From the IMG/VR virus record IMGVR_UViG_3300043410_000581, positions 1-55,633 of that record: a DNA stretch of 55,633 nucleotides. One strand, written 5' to 3'. Source of the stretch: a virus. Lineage: Duplodnaviria > Caudoviricetes. Shown piece by piece: positions 7,062 through 14,645 of this stretch (the stretch's first letter is position 1; each line of letters begins with the position of its first letter). The notes beneath the pieces were generated by a model, which saw only the letters and a list, made by a program, of their open reading frames with translations, ran no database searches and was not told the origin of the DNA. The translations under genes were made by a program, and so were the position numbers.

Positions 7062-7169
7062 CTACTTACCCCATTCCTTTATCATCTCAACCTGGAGACC
7101 TAGCAATTCTTCTGCAGACATTGTCTCAATATCTTTAGAACCATTAGCCGAAATAATTTGAATTCCCAT
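7062..7169 (-). CDS. Small protein (35 aa, MGIQIISANGSKDIETMSAEELLGLQVEMIKEWGK)
   Basis: Manual translation; RBS and promoter at 7194-7215. Confidence 0.65.
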   Translation of the reverse strand: MGIQIISANGSKDIETMSAEELLGLQVEMIKEWGK

Positions 7170-7294
7170 TTTATTACCTTTCGTTATATAAGTACTTTAG
7201 CATTACCCTCTGACAGTGGAGGGTATCGATCGGGGTAGTTATTGGATAAACATCCAAACAGCCAACAGACAAAACATTACAGCAACAACCTCCA

Positions 7295-7432
7295 TTAGAA
7301 CACCAGTCCCCAACCCATGATTAGACCCTTTTCATAGAGACCTTTGTAGAAATTACGAACAGCGTCTTTATGCTCAGGGTCAAAAGAATAGTCAATTTGC
7401 TTACCGTCTAGAGTGATGATTTCAATAGTCAT
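7295..7432 (-). CDS. Small protein (45 aa, MTIEIITLDGKQIDYSFDPEHK...)
   Basis: Manual translation; follows the B2 stop directly. Confidence 0.7.
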   Translation of the reverse strand: MTIEIITLDGKQIDYSFDPEHKDAVRNFYKGLYEKGLIMGWGLVF

Positions 7433-7555
7433 TTACTTACCCAACTTCTTTGATAGTGCCAATAGTTCTTCGAACTCGGTCATGCTCATGTAGTCATCGC
7501 CCTTAGCGATACGCATTAGTTCGTTATAGCGAGACTTCATTTCTAGAGTAGTCAT
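7433..7555 (-). CDS. Small protein, paralog B2 (40 aa, MTTLEMKSRYNELMRIAKGDDYMSMTEFEELLALSKKLGK)
   Basis: Manual translation; RBS and promoter. Confidence 0.85.
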   Translation of the reverse strand: MTTLEMKSRYNELMRIAKGDDYMSMTEFEELLALSKKLGK

Positions 7556-7606
7556 TGTTTTCCTTTTCTTTATATGATTAGTTTAGCATGGGGGTATGAC
7601 ATTGAA

Positions 7607-7780
7607 CTACATCTTAGCGTAGCCAATGCTGTATCCGTATTTCCATCCTGCTATTGAGGGGTGGCTAACAATAGCCTTTACCTCTGCCTCAGTAGTAGCA
7701 GAGAACTTGTGAACAGAGAACGAAACACCATCCTCACGAGAGCCTCGCTTGGTGATGATTACTGTGTTGAATTCGAACAT
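7607..7780 (-). CDS. Small protein (57 aa, MFEFNTVIITKRGSREDG...)
   Basis: Manual translation; RBS and promoter at 7806-7828. Confidence 0.7.
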   Translation of the reverse strand: MFEFNTVIITKRGSREDGVSFSVHKFSATTEAEVKAIVSHPSIAGWKYGYSIGYAKM

Positions 7781-7831
7781 TTATTTTTCCTTTCTTTATG
7801 TATTTAGTTTAGCACTAGGGGCAGACATTTA

Positions 7832-7924
7832 TTACTTTTTTAGCAACTTAGCAATGTCAGTGCTAAAGTTTGCCCACACTACTACTACTACTGATACTAC
7901 TACAATTACTACTACTTCAAACAT
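7832..7924 (-). CDS. Poly-Val single-TM peptide (30 aa, MFEVVVIVVVSVVVVVWANFSTDIAKLLKK)
   Basis: GTA-repeat-encoded TM segment; RBS and promoter at 7952-7974. Confidence 0.65.
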   Translation of the reverse strand: MFEVVVIVVVSVVVVVWANFSTDIAKLLKK

Positions 7925-8123
7925 TTTCTTTTCCTTTTCCTTTATGTATCTATTATAAGCACAAGGGCAGACATTACGCAAGTCAAGACACGCCGTATTT
8001 GATAACAAATTGATAACGTTAGGGGGTGTGTAGTGTCCGCACTATTTATTTGGTTTTGTTGTTTTAAATGTACGCATCGTACATCTATTCAAAATATTCA
8101 GATTTTGTCAAACTCAAATTTTT

Positions 8124-8459
8124 TCAGATTTTTGCCAGGTACAAAATTAACAAATATGTCAACGCATGAAGAAGCTGATCTGCACCAAAGTAAATCCAAT
8201 ACATACGATCTGCCTGTGTGAGATTCTTTGATAGCTTTGTCTTGATGTAATCCACATTGTGATGAATAGCAAAATCTAAGCAAGCGAGGGTAGCTGCAAG
8301 AGACAAAGGCATAAACCACATAAGAACAGTAAGGGTAAATACCATATGAATAAGAGAATGGTCTAGATAAAGGTATTTTTGCTTATGTTTAGCCATATAG
8401 TTTGTCTGAAATACAAAATCTGCGAGGTAATGCTTAACAAAAAGTAACATTAACATCAT
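8124..8459 (-). CDS. DUF3307-family membrane protein
   Basis: HYLADFVFQT...H..IH...HxxVDYxK...GADQLLH pattern. Confidence 0.8.
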   Translation of the reverse strand: MMLMLLFVKHYLADFVFQTNYMAKHKQKYLYLDHSLIHMVFTLTVLMWFMPLSLAATLACLDFAIHHNVDYIKTKLSKNLTQADRMYWIYFGADQLLHALTYLLILYLAKI

Positions 8460-8893
8460 TTTTCATCCTTACTGTCCATCTGCTCTTTGATCAGCTTCTC
8501 CGTCTGCTTCTTGACCTTAGCTCTAGGATTAGCCATAAGCACACAGCACTTACAAAACTGCTTTTCTAGGTGGGTAACACCAAATTGTTTCATCATTCTC
8601 CTAGTAAATATTTGACGGTAGCCATAAAAATAGCCATAAATGTTGGAATAGCAACAACAGCAAGCAATAAAACAACTATTTTACGGACCATGCTTATGCC
8701 ATTCTTCATCATCTCCACAAATAGCACAGACGCTATCGTTGTATGCATCGAAATCATTTGGTTCACCTACGTCTGAAAACTTGTTAACAGTCCATTTAAT
8801 GACAAAACCAACAGTAACAACAACAATAATTGCTGGGATTACGTAAATTAACGTAAAGAAAAAGATTAAAAGTAAAAAGAATACAAATTCCAT
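8456..8893 (-). CDS. Three small coupled ORFs (8681-8893 70 aa TM; 8593-8691 32 aa TM; 8456-8593 45 aa)
   Basis: Manual translation; overlapping starts and stops leading into the DUF3307 gene. Confidence 0.55.
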
Positions 8894-9120
8894 GTCTCTC
8901 CTATGGTAGGTTTTAAGTATAGCATAAAATTTTGGGGTACACAAGAGCGAAGCTCTCTTGATGAACTTATAAGCAAAACACCCATTAGCCTATAAAGAAA
9001 CTATTTTAGTATAACAAAACCCTATATTTGCTTATATGTTCATTTTAGACCATAGTAGAGTTCGTCGGATATAGTTTAAATCGCTTCTAGGGGCATCTGA
9101 GGGCTTCCTGGAAGGTGTTT

Positions 9121-9354
9121 TGTAACCGATCGTACACATTAGAAAATGTAACCGAACGTACACAAAGTTAAAGCAGAACATATTCGTCATTAAAGCCTGT
9201 AATGGAGGATATCTTATGCATTACACTGCAATGTTTTATATCTGTTTATTGCATTAGACTGCAATATTTATCCATATGGCTACGTTAGTAGCATGTTTGG
9301 ATGTGGGGTTCTCTATATCACGCCGACCTCTTTACCGCCGAGTTTTTACCGCCG
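9121..9354. repeat. Three families of short direct repeats in non-coding DNA
   Basis: TGTAACCGA(T/A)CGTACACA at 9121 and 9147; TGCATTA(C/G)ACTGCAAT at 9217 and 9250; TTTACCGCCG at 9331 and 9345. Confidence 0.75.
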
Positions 9355-9407
9355 TGCTTTATAACAGAAATGTAACAACTTAAAAAATAATGTATAATAG
9401 AAATATT

Positions 9408-9701
9408 ATGGATTTGCAAACCCTAGTCGCTATCATTGTCAGTATTAGTACTGTCCTGTCAACACTGGTTGTTGGTGTACGCTGGCTAGTCAAGCATTAT
9501 TTTGATGACATCAAGCACGAGCTAAAGCCTAATAGTGGTTTATCAATGAAAGATCAGGTAAACAGAATGGAAAAGGATATCCTAGCTATTAAATCAGAAA
9601 ACGTCAGAGGCGAAGAAGCTCATGCAAGACTAGATAATAAAATAGATCATCTAACTCAGATGTTTGTAGAGTATGTAGCACATCAGAATGCAAAGAAGTA
9701 A
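9408..9701 (+). CDS. N-terminal TM plus coiled-coil protein (holin-like or membrane protein)
   Basis: MDLQTLVAIIVSISTVLSTLVVGVRWLVK; start 9 nt after TATAAT. Confidence 0.65.
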   Translation: MDLQTLVAIIVSISTVLSTLVVGVRWLVKHYFDDIKHELKPNSGLSMKDQVNRMEKDILAIKSENVRGEEAHARLDNKIDHLTQMFVEYVAHQNAKK

Positions 9702-9945
9702 GAACCCCTAAATAAAAAAACAATCGTCAAGCATTGACTTGGCGATTATTATTTATTATTATTATATATAAACTATATATCTTATAAGTTATATATCTTA
9801 TATATTTATATATAGTCTTTTGCCCCCTACCCCCATATTTATATATAATAGCACATCTAAAAACTTTGTCAAGACCTTTTTAAGTAAATTTTATATAACG
9901 ATCTTGTAACTTTGATATTTCAGGCTGATATGATATACTATTAGT

Positions 9946-9999
9946 GGCTAGATCTGAATGTCTCTCTCATACCCACCTTTCAGGTCTAGCCTTTCTATT
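9946..9999 (+). ncRNA. Candidate small hairpin RNA with own extended -10 promoter
   Basis: TGATATACT at 9931; 13-bp stem GGCTAGATCTGAA/TTCAGGTCTAGCC; 20-nt pyrimidine-rich loop; T-rich tail. Confidence 0.4.
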
Positions 10000-10028
10000 T
10001 ATATAATCTGTGATATAATTTAAGTACT

Positions 10029-10409
10029 ATGGCAGCTACATATGGTGCAAATCCTACTAACATTCAATGGACAGTCGTCCGTGGTGATACCGCCAAACTT
10101 CGTATTGAGTTTCTTGAAAGCGATGAGACTACAGCACAGGACACATCTACTTGGGTTTATGCTGCCAGCACATTTGATGTGAAAAGCAATACATCTAGCG
10201 AACTCCAAACTGTAGCTGGCGATGGGTATGTAGACATTATTGCTTCTCCAGAATTAACAGCAACATGGGGAGCCACAAGAACTAGCACTACAGTAGCAGA
10301 ACTATCTTTTGACCTACAGGTCACTATTGATGCAGAAACAGTGTGGACTCCGATTATTGGAAAGATTGCGGTACTACCAGATGTTACCGTTAATCCAATA
10401 GTTCCGTAA
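10029..10409 (+). CDS. Virion structural protein (fibre-anchor/BppU-N-like)
   Basis: VVRGDT...FDLQVT...PIIGKI beta-sandwich pattern; precedes fibre genes. Confidence 0.6.
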   Translation: MAATYGANPTNIQWTVVRGDTAKLRIEFLESDETTAQDTSTWVYAASTFDVKSNTSSELQTVAGDGYVDIIASPELTATWGATRTSTTVAELSFDLQVTIDAETVWTPIIGKIAVLPDVTVNPIVP

Positions 10410-12760
10410 TGTCAATAATCAGAATAACAAATTCGCCAGCAAACACAGACGTAAATGTTATCAATATAGGATCTAGCTCTGATGTCGTAAAGGTTAGCAC
10501 AGTATCTGATGCAAGTCCAGTTATTCGTATTGCATCTACTGCTAATCCTGGGTCTATTAAAATTATTTCAGATTCCCCAGAAAATACAACCTCAATCAAA
10601 CTTACTCCATATCCTGGAACTCAAGGTCCAAAGGGATTAATAGGAGACACTGGACCTACAGGTCCTCAAGGTATTCAGGGTATTGCAGGTCTAGATGGCG
10701 TTGATGGCTCAATAGGTGCAACAGGTCCCACTGGTCCTCAAGGTCTGCAAGGTCCTACTGGAGCCACTGGCTTGCAAGGTATTCAAGGTGTACAAGGGGC
10801 AACAGGACCACAGGGACCAATTGGATATACAGGTATTCAAGGTATTCAGGGTGTACAAGGCATTCAAGGTATAGCAGGTGCTACAGGATCTCAAGGACCA
10901 ACAGGCTCTACTGGACCTCAAGGTGTTCAAGGTATTCAAGGTCTCAGAGGAGAAACTGGCTCTACTGGTCCAAGAGGTCCTATTGGCTATACAGGTCCAC
11001 AAGGTGCAACAGGTCAACAAGGTTCGACTGGACCTACAGGACCTAGAGGTCTTCAGGGAGATCAGGGTATTCAGGGACCAACTGGAGCAGCAAGCACAAT
11101 AGCAGGTCCGACTGGTGCAACAGGACCTAGAGGTTTACAGGGTGAGCAAGGTGTTCAAGGACTAATAGGTCTGACTGGACCTACAGGAGCTAGAGGTGCT
11201 ACTGGATCCACTGGAGCTACAGGAGATCAAGGTATCCAAGGTCCAATAGGACCAACAGGCTCTCAAGGTGCTATTGGTCCACAAGGACCGCAGGGTATTC
11301 AGGGAGATAGAGGTCCAACAGGAAGCACAGGTCCTACAGGAGCAATTGGTGTTACTGGTCCTAGAGGTGCTGCTGGTCCTCAAGGTGTGCAAGGTCCAAT
11401 AGGTTTGCCAGGAGATGACGGACCTACAGGTCCAACTGGTTCTCAAGGTCCTAGAGGATATAAGGGCGATACAGGACCTCAAGGTCCAACTGGTGCTACT
11501 GGTGCACAAGGTTCTACTGGACCGCAAGGTACTTCAATTAATTTTATAGGCTCAGTCGCTACCCCAGAACTATTACCACTATTCTCTGATGTAAACGATG
11601 CATATGTCGTTGATTCAAATGGAGATCTTTATGTTTGGAATGGTTCTACATGGACAAACGTTGGTCAGATAGTTGGACCACAAGGTGAGTCTGGACCAAC
11701 AGGTCCTGCTGGAGAGCAAGGTGTCACTGGACCAACTGGACCACAAGGAGAAATTGGTCCTACTGGTTCTACAGGTTTGCAAGGAATTCAGGGACCTACA
11801 GGTGCACAAGGTATTCAAGGTATAGATGGACCTACTGGTCCTACTGGTTCTCAAGGAAGTGTTGGTACAACTGGTCCACAGGGATTACAGGGACCAACTG
11901 GTTCTCAGGGACCTACAGGAGCACAGGGACCAATCGGTCTGACTGGAAATGATGGACCTACAGGACCTATCGGATCAATTGGTCCTACAGGATCTCAAGG
12001 TATTCAGGGTATTCAAGGAGATATTGGACCTACTGGTCCTCAAGGTACTCAGGGTCCAACAGGACCACAGGGTATTCAAGGCTCACAAGGTCCAACTGGT
12101 CCTCAAGGAATACAAGGGATCATCGGTCCAACAGGACCAACTGGAGCAACAGGTGCTGACTCTACAGTAGCAGGTCCGACTGGTCCACAAGGTTCCCAAG
12201 GTGCAATAGGTCCAACAGGACCACAAGGAGATTTAGGACCTACTGGTCCACAAGGTATTCAAGGAATTCAAGGAGGTGCTGGACCCCAAGGTCCAACAGG
12301 ACCAACTGGTCCACAAGGAGATGTTGGTCTAACAGGTGAACAAGGTATTCAGGGTATTCAGGGTGAGCCAGGTGTAGATGGTCCTACAGGTCCACAGGGA
12401 AGTATTGGTCCTACAGGACCAGAAGGTGCAACAGGACCAACAGGACCTCAAGGCACTCAAGGACCTGCTGGATTAGACGGTGTGAATGGCGTAGATGGAT
12501 CAACAGGTCCGATAGGACCTACAGGACCTGCAGGTGTAAGTGGACTGGATGGTGCAACTGGTGCTATTGGTCCAACAGGACCTACAGGTAGCCAGGGTAT
12601 TCAGGGACCAACAGGACCATCTGGAATCCTAACAGCAACAAGCCCAATAGTGTATAATGGTACTACTAAGGATGTTTCATTAGATGCCTCGGCATTAGAG
12701 ACAATCCTAGACATTGTTTACATCAGGATAGATGGAACAATTGACGGAGGAACACCATAA
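10409..12760 (+). CDS. Collagen-like (Gly-X-Y) fibre protein
   Basis: Two long GPT/GPQ/GIQ runs separated by a small globular domain ([11 protein letters not shown]). Confidence 0.92.
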   Translation: MSIIRITNSPANTDVNVINIGSSSDVVKVSTVSDASPVIRIASTANPGSIKIISDSPENTTSIKLTPYPGTQGPKGLIGDTGPTGPQGIQGIAGLDGVDGSIGATGPTGPQGLQGPTGATGLQGIQGVQGATGPQGPIGYTGIQGIQGVQGIQGIAGATGSQGPTGSTGPQGVQGIQGLRGETGSTGPRGPIGYTGPQGATGQQGSTGPTGPRGLQGDQGIQGPTGAASTIAGPTGATGPRGLQGEQGVQGLIGLTGPTGARGATGSTGATGDQGIQGPIGPTGSQGAIGPQGPQGIQGDRGPTGSTGPTGAIGVTGPRGAAGPQGVQGPIGLPGDDGPTGPTGSQGPRGYKGDTGPQGPTGATGAQGSTGPQGTSINFIGSVATPELLPLFSDVNDAYVVDSNGDLYVWNGSTWTNVGQIVGPQGESGPTGPAGEQGVTGPTGPQGEIGPTGSTGLQGIQGPTGAQGIQGIDGPTGPTGSQGSVGTTGPQGLQGPTGSQGPTGAQGPIGLTGNDGPTGPIGSIGPTGSQGIQGIQGDIGPTGPQGTQGPTGPQGIQGSQGPTGPQGIQGIIGPTGPTGATGADSTVAGPTGPQGSQGAIGPTGPQGDLGPTGPQGIQGIQGGAGPQGPTGPTGPQGDVGLTGEQGIQGIQGEPGVDGPTGPQGSIGPTGPEGATGPTGPQGTQGPAGLDGVNGVDGSTGPIGPTGPAGVSGLDGATGAIGPTGPTGSQGIQGPTGPSGILTATSPIVYNGTTKDVSLDASALETILDIVYIRIDGTIDGGTP

Positions 12761-14637
12761 TGACAGTTATTCAGCACAGAAGAGGAACCACTGCTGAGTG
12801 GGCTGCTTCGTCATACATTCTTGAGGCTGGAGAACTTGGTCTTGATACAACCCTAATGAAAATCAAGATTGGTGATGGAACTACCGCTTGGAGTGGGCTA
12901 GATTTTATTGGCGGTGCTGATGGGGGTCTTCTTCCAACTGGAGGAACAGCAGGTCAAATTCTTGCAAAAGATTCTTCAACAGATTACGATGCATCATGGA
13001 TCGACAACTACGCCGTACAAATTAAACATGAGGTAAAGCTCGGTGAGGCAATTGCTAAGGGTCAGGCTGTTTATGTAAGTTCTGCCAATGGAACAAACAT
13101 GATTGTTTCAAAAGCATCAAACGATGCCGAAGCCACATCGTCTAAAACCATGGGTCTACTTGAAACTGGTGGCTCTACAAATGATTTTGTAAAGGTAATC
13201 ACAGAAGGTCTTTTAGCAGGTTTTGACACATCTGCTGCTACTGCTGGAGACCCAGTCTGGCTGGGTACTTCTGGTAACTTAATTTATGGTCTAATAAATA
13301 AGCCACATGCACCAGCACATCTAGTGTTTATTGGTATTGTTACAAGATCACATGCCACACAAGGAGAAATCTTTGTTAGACCACAAAACGGATACGAAGT
13401 AGATGAACTTCACGATGCATTAATTACATCTAAAACAGACAAAGACCTATTTTCATATGAAGCATCAAGCGGTCTTTGGAAAAATAAGTCTTTTGCAACA
13501 CTTGGTCTAGCAACTCTTGCATCACCAACTTTTACTGGGGTACCTGAAGCACCAACTGCATCAGCAGGAACAAATACAACACAATTAGCTACAACAGCTT
13601 TCGTTGGTACTGCAGTAGCAAACCTAGTATCATCTGCCCCAAGCACACTTGACACATTGAATGAGCTTGCAACCGCACTTGGAAATGATGCAAACTTTGC
13701 TACTACAGTAACCAATTCACTTTCTGGAAAGGCTAACCTTACTGGAGGAAACTCTTTAACTGGACTACAAACACTTGCACCATCATCAAACTCAACATCA
13801 GCACTTAGAATTAATTCAGTATCTGGAATGACAGCAAATCCACTTGTCATGTTTGATAGTGGTGCATCACAACGTTTTGCAGTTAGCGAATTCGGAACTA
13901 CCCTGATTGGTAACGGTACAGCACTGGCTGGAAGACTTGGAGTTCATTCTGGAACAGCAACAACTATCGGTGCTGTTATTCGTGGATCAGCATCTCAAAG
14001 TGCATCACTACAAGAATGGCAAAATTCAGCAGGAACTATGTTAGCAAAGGTAGATGCATCTGGAAATACTACAGCAGCATCATTTGTAAAAACTGGAGGA
14101 GCCTCAGATCAATTCTTAAAGGCAGATGGATCAACAGATAGTTCAACATATCTTACTACATCATCAGCATTACTTACATATTTGCCATTGGCTGGTGGAA
14201 CTATGACTGGTGATTTGCTTTTAAATAATGCAAAATCTGCAAACTTCTACGACACAACGGTTTCTGGTGGAGCCAGAGTTGGTAGAGTTATTGGTACTGG
14301 TGGAATATTTTATGTGCAAGCTGGTATTGATGCAACAGATACAGCAGCAAGAATTATTCTTGGTAGAACTGCATCATCATCTAACGTTTCTCAGATTAAT
14401 CTTCGTGGAGATGCAATAACTGCAGAAGGAACGCTTACAGTAACTGGACTTATTACAGCTAACAATGGTATTGCAGGAGCAACAGCTAAAAATATGACAG
14501 TTGTATCTTCATATTCTGGAACTACATTCAATGGAACAAAAGTCGTCATGACAGCGTCTCAGGCTTCAGCAGCAGTGCCAACAACAAGACCAGATACAAC
14601 AGCTTTGTCTGCTGGAGACATTTGGATTAGCTGGTAG
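12760..14637 (+). CDS. Tail fibre protein with Mtd/hyaluronidase-type N-terminal domain
   Basis: IQHRRGTTAEW...GELGLDT...KIKIGDG motif; APSTLDTLNELATALGND fibre repeat. Confidence 0.85.
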   Translation: MTVIQHRRGTTAEWAASSYILEAGELGLDTTLMKIKIGDGTTAWSGLDFIGGADGGLLPTGGTAGQILAKDSSTDYDASWIDNYAVQIKHEVKLGEAIAKGQAVYVSSANGTNMIVSKASNDAEATSSKTMGLLETGGSTNDFVKVITEGLLAGFDTSAATAGDPVWLGTSGNLIYGLINKPHAPAHLVFIGIVTRSHATQGEIFVRPQNGYEVDELHDALITSKTDKDLFSYEASSGLWKNKSFATLGLATLASPTFTGVPEAPTASAGTNTTQLATTAFVGTAVANLVSSAPSTLDTLNELATALGNDANFATTVTNSLSGKANLTGGNSLTGLQTLAPSSNSTSALRINSVSGMTANPLVMFDSGASQRFAVSEFGTTLIGNGTALAGRLGVHSGTATTIGAVIRGSASQSASLQEWQNSAGTMLAKVDASGNTTAASFVKTGGASDQFLKADGSTDSSTYLTTSSALLTYLPLAGGTMTGDLLLNNAKSANFYDTTVSGGARVGRVIGTGGIFYVQAGIDATDTAARIILGRTASSSNVSQINLRGDAITAEGTLTVTGLITANNGIAGATAKNMTVVSSYSGTTFNGTKVVMTASQASAAVPTTRPDTTALSAGDIWISW

Positions 14638-14645
14638 GAGGCTAA

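Larger units (their letters stand above)
28..7974 (-). promoter_or_regulatory. Array of 20 co-oriented promoters TGTC-N12-TANNNT (RecA-NDp/PafBC-type geometry)
   Basis: -10 hexamers (plus-strand start) at 28, 732, 1047, 1667, 2199, 3048, 3659, 3858, 4297, 5029, 5205, 5741, 5911, 6413, 6665, 6925, 7194, 7580, 7806, 7952. Each has GACA(T) exactly 12 nt further right, e.g. minus-strand AATGTCAGTGGTCACCTGTATAAT at 1047-1070. Most are followed by an AAAGGAAA-type RBS and ATG. Confidence 0.9.
4830..7997. repeat. Identical 11-mer GACACGCCGTA x3 upstream of promoters (contains WhiA-type GACAC)
   Basis: 4830-4840, 5237-5247, 7987-7997. Confidence 0.75.

Noticed and set aside
28-7974. CRISPR array or integron interpretation of the repeated motifs
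   Set aside because: Repeats are degenerate, separated by whole genes of variable length, and have promoter geometry; no cas gene, integron integrase or attC-like structure is visible in the window.
10610-12625. Tandem DNA repeat or VNTR in the collagen gene
   Set aside because: Periodicity is fully explained by Gly-X-Y coding with varied codons.
12760-14637. Diversity-generating retroelement suggested by the Mtd-like N-terminus
   Set aside because: No reverse transcriptase and no template/variable repeat pair seen in the window; this N-terminal domain is common in fibres.
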